Under the pieces are notes generated by a model. It was not told the DNA's origin, did not search any database, and saw only the letters and a program-made list of their open reading frames with translations. Positions 11,701-23,200 of a DNA stretch of 64,000 bases are shown piece after piece; the first letter of the stretch is position 1, and each line of letters opens with the position of its first letter. The position numbers and the translations under genes are program-made. The stretch lies in IMG/VR virus record IMGVR_UViG_3300020558_000001; one strand, written 5' to 3'. The DNA is from an uncultured virus (IMG/VR IMGVR_UViG_3300020558_000001) (Duplodnaviria; Heunggongvirae; Uroviricota; Caudoviricetes).

Positions 11701-14700
11701 TTATATTCATTTATTATTTGTTGAGCTATTGACTTTTTAACATTACCAAGTAATCCTGCTACAAGATTTTGATTAGGGTTTTCTTTAGCAAGTTCCTTTT
11801 CTAATAATGCTTTTTTATCATCACTAATTTTAAGATTATTATTTTTAAGAACTGTATCAATATCAGATTCAGTTTTTACTTCAGGAGTTATTTCAGATTC
11901 CTCATTAAGTATACCACTAATGTTATTTGCAATCTTAGACTTTTCATCAGTTACAGTTCCTTCTTCACCAACTACTTGTTCTTGAATATCCTCTGTAATA
12001 GGTTCACCACTTGCTTGTTGTTTTTCATAATCAGCTCTTTTATTTTCTACCTTAATAGAGTTAGAGTTTTTAAATCTTTCTTCATCAGCAGTTAAAGGTT
12101 TATTCTGTGCAAGTTTTCTTGCAACTAATTCTATCTTAGTTTCTTTAGGGAGATTAGTAAAGGGTATTTCTTTTACAGAATTTTCATCTGCTTTTTTAGT
12201 TTCTTCCTCTATATCTTTATTACTCTTTAATCCTTCTTCTAATTGTGCTTTTTCTGCTAACTCTTTTGTAACTTTTTCTTTATTGTTTTTATTTACAAAA
12301 AATTGCTTTCTAAAATTTTCAAAAGAATCCTTAGTCATTTTATTTTTATAATGATTAAGAATTTTTGAATCTATTTCCTGCATATACTTATCAGTACCTA
12401 ATAATTCTTCTAAGTTACCTTTCATAGATTCATATTCTTGAAGTACCATATTTTGATACTTCAAGTTTTTCTGTAAACCTTTGTCAGTCATCTTAGCATA
12501 AGTTTCATTATGCTGTGCTATTCTTATTTCTGTTGCTTCAAGTTCTTCTTGTAAGTCTAAAAGTTCTTGATAAGGTTTTACACTTTCTTTAATTTGCTGT
12601 ATTTGTTTATCTGCATTTCTACCAGGAGTAGCACTTACATATCCTTTATTTGTAAGTTCTAATTCAAGTTCACCTCTTTCAGTTTTTTCACTTGGAAATA
12701 CTAACTCACCTGTTTCTTCATTTACAGTAGGTTCTCCTACACCTACTGTGTAGTCATAACCTAAATCAAGTTTACCTGCTTGTCTTAAAAGTGCAACTTC
12801 TAATTGAGCTTCATTTCTTTTTTCAGCAATCTTATTTTTTATTTCTTGTGCTAACTTAGCATCTTGTTTTTGATTAGCTCTATTTTTAAATACACTTCTA
12901 CCATTCTCATATTTTAATGAATCATTAAAATCATTTTCCATAGCAATAATTTCTTGTACTGCTACTGCTGCAGCTTGTCTTACTTCAGGTTTTAATGTTG
13001 TATCATCAGCTATTTTTTGCCAATTTTGAATAAGATTTTGAGTAGTGCCTGATTGATAAGCATCATAAGCTTGAACTGCAAGTATTTGTTTACTTTTTTG
13101 TTTAGCTTCTTCAGTTTTACCTTGAGATTCAAGTGCATTTATTTCTCCTAAAATTTTATTTAACTCTTGTGCACTTCTTACAGGAGCAGTAAGTTGTTCT
13201 ACTATATCAGGCATCCCAACAGATGCACCTATTTCATTTTGTTTTTTAATTACTTCTTGTTGTTTATTATAAGCTTCTTTATGGTCTTTAGCACCAAAAG
13301 CTTCTATTCCTATTTTCATTCCTCCACCAACTCCAAATCCTATTAATCCCCCTACAATACTATCCCAAGAAGATAATTTTTTCCATGCATCAGATACAGT
13401 ATATTCTCTACCCTCACCAGCAGCCATACCCATATCCTCAGCTATATTTTCAACTCCCCATTCTTCTACAAATTCTTGACCACCTTCAACTAATGTGCCT
13501 TTAACACTATATGGAGATTTAGAAATTATATTTCTTGAAGTTCTTGGAAGTCCACTAAAAACTCTTGTAAATGCAGATGACATTGAAAGGTTTAAAAGGA
13601 ATGCAGGGGCCATTGCTTGAATACTTACTTCAGCACCTTTACTTGCACTTTTAGTTGCAGATTGATGTAAGTCAGGATTTTCATCAGCAAATTTTTGAAG
13701 ATATTCTTTTTTTGCTTTTAATCCCATTGCTATTGCATCTTCATCACTTTCACCATTTTTAAGTGCATCTTGAATTGCTTTTTCATAAGTTGCATTCATT
13801 GCAGTTTCTAACTGAGGAGATAAATCAAAAAGTTTCTTTTGATATGTTTCATTATACACTCCTTGTGCAATAGAAAACCCTGTAGTTTGAGTCATTAAAA
13901 ATGCTCCACCTATTACATCTAATGCTTTTTTTGTTCCACCTAAATTACTATTTGCAAATGCTGTAGCTCTTACAGCTTGTTGAGCAGCAGTTAATCCTTT
14001 TAATCCACCACGAAAAGCTGATATTGATTGTGAAACTTTAAATGCAGAACCAGGACCTATTATATTTCCTACAATACTACCAGCTATTTGAGGAGCATAA
14101 TTAGCAACTGTATTTATTAAATTTGATTTAGTTTTAACAGTATGATATACTCTATCTAACTCTCTTATTTCAGAAGCTCTTCTTGTAAGCCAGTTACCAA
14201 ACATGTGTTCACCATCTCCAAATATAGTATGATTATCTAAAAACTTAAAAGGACTATTTAACCAATCTGCTGTTTTATTCCAATCTTCTGCATCTTTTTT
14301 AACTTGCATTGTATTCCACATGTTTCCTTGTATATCACGATTAGCATCAAGGCCTCTATAGTCAACATCTGAATATTCACCACTTAAACTTGGTATTCTC
14401 CAATCAGCAGGGTCCATTAATGTTCCTAAATATTCTTCTAATGCAGCAGCAGTATGTGTAAGAAATGAACCTGTCATTTTATACAAAGTATTTCCTAATC
14501 CATCATATTCATTTTCTATTGATTCTTTTCTTAAATTTTCATAAGTTTTTTCAAATTGTTCTTCAAGTGCTTGTTGTGACCAAGAACTTCCAACTAAAAC
14601 TTTAGGAGTTGAAATAGCAGAACTAATGTCAGGACTCTTTGAATATTTATTTATTGCAGCTTGAACATCAATTACTTCTCCATTAATTGTTGCTGTTTTT

Positions 14701-14771
14701 GGTTGATTAACAGGAGTAACATTTACAGGTTTAGTATTTTGATTTACAACTTTATCATCTTCATTTGCCAT
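8769..14771 (-). CDS. Large virion cargo/ejection protein (2000 aa)
   Basis: Long ORF directly upstream of vRNAP; N-terminal Gly/Ala-rich hydrophobic segments and coiled coils; synteny with crAss-like cargo genes. Confidence 0.7.
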   Translation of the reverse strand: MANEDDKVVNQNTKPVNVTPVNQPKTATINGEVIDVQAAINKYSKSPDISSAISTPKVLVGSSWSQQALEEQFEKTYENLRKESIENEYDGLGNTLYKMTGSFLTHTAAALEEYLGTLMDPADWRIPSLSGEYSDVDYRGLDANRDIQGNMWNTMQVKKDAEDWNKTADWLNSPFKFLDNHTIFGDGEHMFGNWLTRRASEIRELDRVYHTVKTKSNLINTVANYAPQIAGSIVGNIIGPGSAFKVSQSISAFRGGLKGLTAAQQAVRATAFANSNLGGTKKALDVIGGAFLMTQTTGFSIAQGVYNETYQKKLFDLSPQLETAMNATYEKAIQDALKNGESDEDAIAMGLKAKKEYLQKFADENPDLHQSATKSASKGAEVSIQAMAPAFLLNLSMSSAFTRVFSGLPRTSRNIISKSPYSVKGTLVEGGQEFVEEWGVENIAEDMGMAAGEGREYTVSDAWKKLSSWDSIVGGLIGFGVGGGMKIGIEAFGAKDHKEAYNKQQEVIKKQNEIGASVGMPDIVEQLTAPVRSAQELNKILGEINALESQGKTEEAKQKSKQILAVQAYDAYQSGTTQNLIQNWQKIADDTTLKPEVRQAAAVAVQEIIAMENDFNDSLKYENGRSVFKNRANQKQDAKLAQEIKNKIAEKRNEAQLEVALLRQAGKLDLGYDYTVGVGEPTVNEETGELVFPSEKTERGELELELTNKGYVSATPGRNADKQIQQIKESVKPYQELLDLQEELEATEIRIAQHNETYAKMTDKGLQKNLKYQNMVLQEYESMKGNLEELLGTDKYMQEIDSKILNHYKNKMTKDSFENFRKQFFVNKNNKEKVTKELAEKAQLEEGLKSNKDIEEETKKADENSVKEIPFTNLPKETKIELVARKLAQNKPLTADEERFKNSNSIKVENKRADYEKQQASGEPITEDIQEQVVGEEGTVTDEKSKIANNISGILNEESEITPEVKTESDIDTVLKNNNLKISDDKKALLEKELAKENPNQNLVAGLLGNVKKSIAQQIINEYKLNQQSVDNNTDVELINFVNDIKQQIENSGNDQLTIDLEVDEQSDELNEEGKKQLELIQRLQANNNSGLDITKNKTIPNRYKFQIPVSNDPKESSDAAVEKESISYDPKEVNSKLSPEARARIKQEVGDYLVALEDELGSEPSFEKFIRDYIVNSNKDQVRGLFNTLILGWELNGMPIDNYQAVFDKVFRSRKEMASSLLQFAEEQNLMEQQAQKQADNLNKEINSSKTPVETASGEMATEVFSLGDTIFRFGYNSTNKGGNFKTIENEDGSLSTILEEYEEEDVDNFLKFKKLLRRDKFNPGTQLNVQVAANNADILIKDRDANGKVKVTPDGKAALISFKDWVVKNVKEKGNDFLKSQAYYDAVPLTIIDNEGDAVSYIHDVSKIETNDKLNAEDKKKQLADLRALRKYIIDTNKKGGTPKIEITAKTGGMIEKFPNNEKKRIRSINKNAVLARAIVSNKQITHMYVSNGNKSFIIPFDEFKKQFKIDDNQFTPELLEQLKYGHTIDVRQWDADSHKILTTDFPKVSEELVDSLMNLFSVSLTGGANKNNLITNLKKLGFSGSNMFFQYTNKFVRTQNPTSLANNKSYIHINDEGTKLRFGVKGGKEFTIENENDLKKYETELRQFLSEQYLNVKNNFNNPDINSSEFKMGLINEDGSIEESSNYNYFEYSMKDAQTDIRLENAGTADKPHFITRFQPNIEFKAVAPPNRNSAEYSSPKTETKEENKQLNNLVASTYTDEQLQKQIPLFEEAGWEFIGSTIEEKVEDAKRLLSENTNESTEFAKQLDDNLKKKLEQKPVQTPTSQESNVEAIAELKRKQQEEIDKITPIKNEKIIVDTGDNLLVELQVITFKDGSIQIATKDTKAKRYNNLSNESIQDYLKFDFELDAKGIIKTELVKDDYTDKESQKIKEAKEKTINERYDAQIAALESQQKTEETQTPLEGFEEFFNIFAESSNVDEAIQKLIDNKTITKDCK

Positions 14772-14785
14772 AATTAAATATATAT

Positions 14786-17275
14786 TTACTTTTTATATAA
14801 TGTTTCAAATAACCCAAGTGCTTCATTTGCAGTTTCAAATTTTCCTATTTCGTTTTTATTATCATCATAAAATACGTATATACCTTTATTATTATTTGCA
14901 TTAGGATAATAAGAAATAAATTTATTATATTGATATTCAAATTTTGGACTTTTAACTGAACTTGCTTTTCTTGTAGCTTCTTGTGTAAAAGCCATCATTT
15001 CTGTTTGAGGTTCAACTTTTTTTAATGTCGATGATACTGTACTACTTTTTAATTGATTTGTATACAAATCAAAACTTACAGATTCTCTCTTTCCTGTTAA
15101 CGGGTTTATTTGACTACCATTAATTGTAACTGCAACAGCATTTTTACCTACTTTATCAAGATTTTCTAAAGCTAATCTATAATTTCCTACATTACCGTTA
15201 AATACTACTTTACCATCAGCTTTAGTTTTAACTTCAAATTGATTAGTTACTGAATTATAGTCATAATCATATTTATCTGTTTCTGTAAAATAGCTACCAA
15301 GTGTAGTTCCTTTAAGTCCAACCATTCCTGTACCCTTACTATTTCTTACAAAAGTTCCAGTAGCAGTTGAACCACCAAATAAAGAAAATATACTTTCTTT
15401 ACCTAAATCTCCTAATGCTTTTTGTACTGCTATTGCATCTTCATTGCTTGCTCCAAAATCTTTTAATTTTTCTCCAGCAGTTTGATAAGTTCCAAATGAT
15501 ATTTTATTAACATTATTTGGGTCATCAACATTTAAATTAACATATTTATTTATAATTGCATCTTTATCTTTTTGTAATTTTTTTATTTTATCAGTTACTT
15601 CAAATAATTTTTTTCCAGTAGGACTATCTATCATTCCAAGACGAGGTTGTTTAGTTACAGGGTCATAGTAGTTAGTTTCTAATCTTTGTTTTTCTGCTAT
15701 TAATTTTGTTAAATCATTATCAATAGCAGTTTGTTGTTGTATGTCATAATAATTTAAATTATCTTTAGCTTGCTCTCTCATTAAGTTTAAAGCATTTTGT
15801 TTATTTCTTAAATTTGTATTAGTAGATTCCCACTCTCGTTTAAAATCATCTACAGATGTCAAATTAGGGTCACCATTAAATCCTTGACTAGCCATAAATT
15901 TTGCTAAACCATTAAAGTCTGGGTCACCTATTTTTTGACCAAGAAGAGTTGGTCTTTCAAAATATTTATTTAATTCAACTCTAATTTTCTTTAATTCTGT
16001 TTCAGATTTACCTTTACCTAAAACTGCAAGTAATTTATTTTTATAATCTAAAGATGAAGTTTCTAATGCATTACGTTGCTCATCAAGTTTACTTTCTGCT
16101 TCTTCTACAGTATTACCTTCAAACATGGTTTCAATAAATTCCCCAGTTGTTTTATCCCAAACAATTGGGTTTTTATAATCTTCTAATGCTTTTGCATTAG
16201 CTAATTCTTGTGCTTTTATAGCAAATGGGTCAGCACCAGTCATTTCATTTCCTGTAGTTATATCATTCTTATCTTTTTTATCAGCAGCAGCTTGAGCTAT
16301 TCTATACAATTTGCCAGGATTTACAAACCTCATTACAGGTTTTTTTGTTTGCTCATTTATTACAGGTTGACCTTTTTCATCTAATACTTGTTCTAATTTA
16401 AGTTGTTTTGTAGCTGGGTCTATTTCTCCAAATTCATTTGTATATAATTTATTAAATGCTTCATTATATAACTTATCAAAATTTTCACCAGTTTCTTCAG
16501 CTCTTGCAGTAGCAGCAACAGTTGCTTTGTGTTGTAAGTTTTGTATAATGGGTTTAATTACATTTTCATCATTTTCCATAGTATTTAAAATACCCATAGT
16601 TAAATCATCTAACTCTAATACATCTGTTTCTTTAGTTATTTTATACCAATAATTTCCTTTTGGTGTAGAATACCAATCTTTTGTTTTTGTTGATTCCCAA
16701 CCATTAGCTGTTTCTTTAGCATATACAGATGGGTCAACATAATCATATAATAATTCAGTACCATAAGGATTAAACTTACCTGTTTCTTTATTAAACTGTG
16801 CACCTTTATTCATAGCATATCTTGCATCATAAGCACCCATTGCATCTTTAACTTGTTGTACATTTAACCTACCATCTTTATCTGTAGCTTCCTTAGTTAC
16901 TTTTTCTTCATAAGCTTTTCTTGTACTATAATTAGTATTATATGCATAGAGTTCTCCTTCAGTTAAATCTTTATAAATCTCTTGACCTAAATCTCTAATA
17001 CCTTTTTGTTCTTTAATTGCAAGTAAAGGATTTTCAAAAATCTTTAAAGAGTGTTCTCTAATCTTTCCTTCAAGTTCTGTTACTCTTGCTTTTCTTTTTG
17101 CTTCATCTTCTTCTAATGCAGCAGTTTTTAACTGTTTTTGTAAATCAGTTAAGTAAGCTTCTTGTCCTTCAATTTGAGCATCAGCACCTTTAATAGCAGT
17201 CATAATTGCTTGCTCAGGTACCTTAAACATGAAATCCATTATTTCAGGTTTAGCTGTTTTATAAAATCTTCCCAT
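14786..17275 (-). CDS. Virion cargo/ejection protein (829 aa)
   Basis: Coiled-coil-rich ORF within the cargo gene cluster. Confidence 0.6.
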   Translation of the reverse strand: MGRFYKTAKPEIMDFMFKVPEQAIMTAIKGADAQIEGQEAYLTDLQKQLKTAALEEDEAKRKARVTELEGKIREHSLKIFENPLLAIKEQKGIRDLGQEIYKDLTEGELYAYNTNYSTRKAYEEKVTKEATDKDGRLNVQQVKDAMGAYDARYAMNKGAQFNKETGKFNPYGTELLYDYVDPSVYAKETANGWESTKTKDWYSTPKGNYWYKITKETDVLELDDLTMGILNTMENDENVIKPIIQNLQHKATVAATARAEETGENFDKLYNEAFNKLYTNEFGEIDPATKQLKLEQVLDEKGQPVINEQTKKPVMRFVNPGKLYRIAQAAADKKDKNDITTGNEMTGADPFAIKAQELANAKALEDYKNPIVWDKTTGEFIETMFEGNTVEEAESKLDEQRNALETSSLDYKNKLLAVLGKGKSETELKKIRVELNKYFERPTLLGQKIGDPDFNGLAKFMASQGFNGDPNLTSVDDFKREWESTNTNLRNKQNALNLMREQAKDNLNYYDIQQQTAIDNDLTKLIAEKQRLETNYYDPVTKQPRLGMIDSPTGKKLFEVTDKIKKLQKDKDAIINKYVNLNVDDPNNVNKISFGTYQTAGEKLKDFGASNEDAIAVQKALGDLGKESIFSLFGGSTATGTFVRNSKGTGMVGLKGTTLGSYFTETDKYDYDYNSVTNQFEVKTKADGKVVFNGNVGNYRLALENLDKVGKNAVAVTINGSQINPLTGKRESVSFDLYTNQLKSSTVSSTLKKVEPQTEMMAFTQEATRKASSVKSPKFEYQYNKFISYYPNANNNKGIYVFYDDNKNEIGKFETANEALGLFETLYKK

Positions 17276-17280
17276 AATTA

Positions 17281-20200
17281 TTATCTTCTTTTAGTTGCAG
17301 CTTTAATAAATGACTTATCAGTTACAGTAGGTATATTTATATCTTTAAATATAGGATTAAAGTAAGGAGTATTTCCTAACCCTAAAGGATTAATTGCAGG
17401 AATCATATTAGAAGTTTTAACTGGTGCAACAGGAACATTAGAAGTAGTAGGATTAACAGGAGTATTAGGAATAACAGGTGCAGTTGTAGTACTTGCTTTT
17501 TCAAGTGCAGCTTTCTTTTCTGCTTCTATTCCTTTTTCTACTATTAACCTGGCTGTTGTTTGGTCAATATCTTCACCATTATGTGTCATTACATATTTAC
17601 CCTTTCTCATTTCTACACCAATACCATACTTAGAAAACATTGGTGACATTTCTAATATCATCTTATTGTATTGTGCTTGATTCATATCTCTACCTTGTTT
17701 CTGCATTAGTTCAGATTGAGATGCAAAGTTTTCACTAAGGTTACTGTAGAAGTTATCAACATCTTGTCTATCAGCTAAATCTCTTTGGTATTCACCTGTC
17801 ATTACTGCTTGGTCTTGTTGATTTTCCATTTGTGCTTTTTGACCTAACAACTGCATCATCTGTTGAGCATAAGCATTGTAAGCTTGGTTCTGTGCTTGGT
17901 TAGCTCCCATATCAGCAGCAATATCCATTGCTCTTAAAGTATTAACACCTCTTGCAGAATTTCTACCTCTTTGTCTTGATGCTTCTTCTCCTAATTTAAT
18001 ATCAGCTAATTGTTTATCTCTATTAATACCAGAGAGTGCTTGTGCTTCTTGCATAGCTCTTAATCCTTCAGCACCAAATTCTCTAAAGAAGTTTTGATTC
18101 TTAGGAGTCATCATTCTATTTAACATAGTAGTTGTAGCAGGTGCAAGTCCACCAAACAATGTACCTGCCATACCCATTAAATCACCACGAGTATAATCTA
18201 AACCTTCATCTGACTTAGTACCTTTTTCTTTTTTAGGTTTACCATCTTTATCAAACAACCCACTAAAGAAATCACCTGTTTGGTCTACTGCTTTATTTAA
18301 AAAGTTCATAAACTTATTAGGTTTCTTAGGGTCTTCTTCAGGTAACATTTTATTACCAATCACTTCATTGTAAAGTGGATTAGGAATCATTCCACCTTTA
18401 GTATTAATGTATGGGTCTTTTGAAAGAGCAATATTTTCAAATGTATTTCCCATTATATTACTCATTACATCATAAGGATTTACACCTGGAGGTTCTGGTT
18501 TAGTTACATCAACACCTACATTTTTTCTAAGGTCTAATGGATTAGTATTAAAATTTGTAAATTGATTAAGTTGTTCTTCTGTTAAATATGGAGGAGTAAT
18601 ATTTGCAACTTTAGTTTTAGAATTTAAAGTATTTACAGATTTTGTTTTAGACATATTATCATCATAAACTACTGTCATTGGATTTCCTTGTTCATCATAT
18701 TCTAAATCTTCCATAACTTGAAAATCTTTTCCATATAGATTTTCAGTAGGAATTAGTTTATTATATTGTTGCTTATTAACTGCATTAGCAAGTGTAGGGG
18801 ATATATAATTTAATAACCCATAAGGAGGAGTACCATTAACAAGTTTACCACCATACATCATCATTCCCATTTGTTGCATCATAGCAGGGTCTTGCATTAA
18901 ACCAGCCATTGCTTGTTCTTGCATCATACCCTGTTGAGCTTGTTGTTGCATTTGTTGTTTCTGATTAGCTTGTTCTTGCATAGCCATATCACTCTGCTCT
19001 TCTAAAGCAGCAGTTTCCTGTTGTCTTTTAAGTGCTTCTTTTATAAACTTATCAGAAGGATTTTTACTAAGTATCTTTTCTAACTTAGCAACATTAGCTT
19101 CTCTTTTAGTTTTTCTATCTGCCATAGTTTTACCATTGACTTTTAATTGTTTAGAATAAACCTTAGTTTGTTCAGGAAGTGCTACTGGTATTCCACCATT
19201 ATCATGTGATGGTCCTTCAAACTCTCCCATTTCACCATTAGGTAGTTCATAAGCTTCTCCTCCCTCTACTTCAACAGGAATGTTTTGAGGTACTTGTCCA
19301 CCTTGTGCATAAGAACCATACATCATTTGTTGCATGTACATTGATGGGTCAATCATGCCACCATAAGCCATAGTAAAACCTGTATTAGGTTTTGTAGGCC
19401 TCATTTCTTGTTCAGGTTCTCTAATAGCTTTAACCATATCAGTTACAGCTTTAGTTGTAAGGTTTACTAAAGCATTAGCACCTACATCAAAAAGCATAGG
19501 TGTTAATCCACCTGCCCACATTTTAGGAAGTTTGTTATTCATATCATCAGTTATTGTACCACCATAAGCTCTTTTACTCAAATTAAGTGATTGAGCATAA
19601 TACTCACTTGGCGAAAGACTTTCCTTTAAAGCATTAATCATTTTTTGTCCTTTTGTTGGTTGATTTTCATCTATCAACTTTATACTTTCATTCTTTTTAA
19701 TCATTTCTTTTGGTAATTTCCAAGGTGTAGTTTTTTGTTTTGCTTTACCTTTAGGAGTATATGTTACTCCTGCTTTAACTTCAAATGGGGATGCTTTATC
19801 TTTTTCTTTTTGAGCTTCACTTAAAGTTTTATAATCAACTCCAGCTTTAACTCCAAAACCATTTCTATTATATCCAACATTAACACCTAATTTATTAGTA
19901 GCAGGATTTTCTTCTGTAGCAAATTGTCTTTCATAATTAGCATCTGCATTAAAGTTTTTACCTCTATATCCAACTTTAGCATCTAAACTTCTGTTTCCAG
20001 TTTCTTCTTCAAGGTCTAAATTTGTTTTGTAATTTACATTAGTTGCAAATTTTTTACCTTTATATCCAAGTCCTGTTCTAACATCAAAGTTTTTATTTTT
20101 ATAATCAACAGCTGCATTAGTAGTGAACCCTTGTTTTTCAGGAACAAAGTTAAGATTAAAATTATAATTAGGGTCAAGTTTATTTCCAGTAAATCCAAGA

Positions 20201-23200
20201 TTACCAGTAAACCCATTTTTAGAATAACCTATTTTAGCATCATGTATAAGTGGGTCTTGATTATCTCTTGATATTGCATAGTTAGCAGTAAGACCATTTC
20301 TATCATAATCTAATAATCCTAAATTAAAATTAGATTTGTTTTTAGCATTATTAGATTTAAGATTATTATTTTTACCTTTTGTAAGAATAGATTTAAAGTC
20401 ATCTTTTTTACCACCTTTATAATTAAAGTTAGTACCTATGCCACCCACATTAAAACCTGCTGTAATATCATAATCATTTTGATTACCAGTAAATCCAAAG
20501 TTACCAGTAACTCCATCTCTATCATAATTTAAACCAGCTTCATAATTATATGGAACATCTTTATTTTTTGTTGCTTTAAAGTTTGCATCAAATCCATTAC
20601 CCTTATATCCTCCACCAAAATCAAAGTTAGGATTTTCTTTATTAAAGTTATAATTGTAATCTCCAGTAAATCCATACTTATCAAATCCTAAATTAAATTT
20701 AGCATTAGGATTATTTTCAGCTGTAGAGTTTGTATAATCAGCACTACCTTTAAATCCAAATCTATCTCTATATCCTAACCTTGCATTAAAGTTTAATTGT
20801 GAATTAGGATTATCACTAGCAAATGTAAAATCTTTAAGAGGAGCTAATTTTCTATCACTAGTTATACTTGTCATTTGATTAAATGGACCTACTTTATACC
20901 CTAGTCCAACATTACTTAAACCAGATGACATTCCTCTTATATTAGGATTAAATCCTGGTTGTCTTAAACTTTGATTTAATCTTTCTTGATATGGATATAC
21001 AGTTCCACCATTATCCATTTGTGCTCTAATCTTTCTTTCTTGCTCTAACATTTTTTTAGTAGGCTTTTTACTAGAACCTTTATTAGCTCTAATATTATCC
21101 CACAATCCTCTTTTAGAATAAGAACCATCTGCTCTTTTAATCATACCACCTGTTCCATACTCATCTCCACTTGTTGTAAAATTATTATTTTGTAATACCG
21201 ATTTTTTCTTTTTCATAGTATTAGTTATTATACCACCATTAGCAGCAGTAGATATAGGAGTATTATTTTGATTACTTACAAAAGAATTAAACATTTTAAT
21301 TACATCTTCTTCTTTAAAAGGAATCATTAAATCTTGTATTTGTGACTTTAATGAATTTTCTTTACTCATACCTTTTAAAGGAGTAAGTTCTAAATTCTTT
21401 TTTAATTCATCATAATGTTTCTTTTCAAATCTTTCATTAACTGGGTCATACATGTTATTATCTAACATCCACTTTCTAACAGCATCTACTCTTGCTTTTA
21501 CTTCAGTAGGTCTTTCATAATATTCTTTGTCATTATAAACTTCTTTAAAATCTTCTGGTAAATTAGCTTCATCTATTGTAAATGGATTATTAAAATACTT
21601 TAAACCTCTACGACCTAATGTAGAAGCATGAGAAAGTTCATGTAATTCTGTAGCTGGTAAATCTTGATTTTCATTTATAAATACAGTATGAGGATTATTT
21701 ACTTTACTCTTATAAGACCTTATATTTTTAGCATAATTTAAAAGACTTTCTGTAAGATTTGGATTATCCATTATAGTAGTATAACCATAATTTTCTATAA
21801 ATTTTTCTTTACTTTTTTCCAATTCTTGTAGTTGAGCATTCATTTTATTTTTTTCATCCTCAGAAAATTGAGGATAATAAACACCTTCCCAAGCTCCTTT
21901 GTCAGAATTTTCATAATCACCAATCTTAACAGTATTTAAATTATTATTTATAAACTGTCTGTAATCATCAGCTTCAGTAGATATATTTGTTATAGGTTTA
22001 TTTGTCATCATAGCATACCTTTCATTAAACAAAGGACTGTTTGTCATTTGTTTTAAAAAGTCTAATGATGTAGTATTTGTTGGTTCTATTGGTCCACCTG
22101 TTTGATATTTAGGAAGTTTCTTTTTCGTATTAGTTATTTTTCCTCCCATAGCTTTTTGTTCAGGTGCAGATTCTTCTTGTGACATTAACTGAGAACCAAT
22201 TGTACCAGCAGTTGCAACTCCAGTTGTTGCTGGTAATGCTTCATTTAACCATTTTAAAAAGTTTGGTTTATTTAATCTTTTAATAAGTTCAGGTGTAAAT
22301 ATATAATCATCAGTTTTTATAAATTTATCAAGTGTAGTTTCGTCTATTTGTTCAAATGGACTTTTTATAAATCCTTTATCTACCATTAATTTTTTTAAAT
22401 CTCTTGATAACCAAGCTTCTTGTTCTACTGGATCTAATCTGTATTTAGTATAATTATCTCTAATATTAGTTTCATCAAAATTTTGAGAAATTGCTTCTTT
22501 GTATTTTTCTGGAAATTGTGCTCTCCATTTTTTTGTAAAATGTTCTTTATGTTTTAATTCATGTGGTAATGCATTATCTACTCTTACTTGTGTTATATTT
22601 AAACCAGGAGTAAATCTACCTAATACCCTACTTTGTCTTTGAGCTTCGTTAAATTCTTCAGTTGTTAAATCATCAATACTCTTCTTTAAGTTTTTTAAAT
22701 ATTCATCACCAAAATCTACATTAGTAAATATATTTTTATAATATTCAGGAGTTTGAGTATAATTAGACATTCTAGTAAAAAGACCAGCTGCATCTTCAAA
22801 CTCGTTCCTTTGTTGAAATGGCCCAAATAATAAAGAAGGTCTATAATCATTATTTCTCAAAGGTCTTCTTGTTCTTGTTTCTCGCAATGTTAATTGTCTT
22901 GCAAAAGGATTAAAATCAGTTGTTTGTTGTTGGTCAGTTAAAGTTAAATTACTATTAGTAGGTCTTTCTTGTATTGATGTATCACCATATTTAACATCAA
23001 GCTCTTTAGCTTTTTGCGCATATCTTGGGTCTGATGTTACATTTTTAACATAATCTATTCCTGTTTTATTTTTAAACTTATTTTTAAATAAGTTTGGTAA
23101 AACATCTTGTAATTTATTTAATTGTTTAGCATACTTAGATGTTTTTGTAAATGCTTTTCCTGTTAAAATATCTAAAGGTACATCTATACCCATTTGTACT

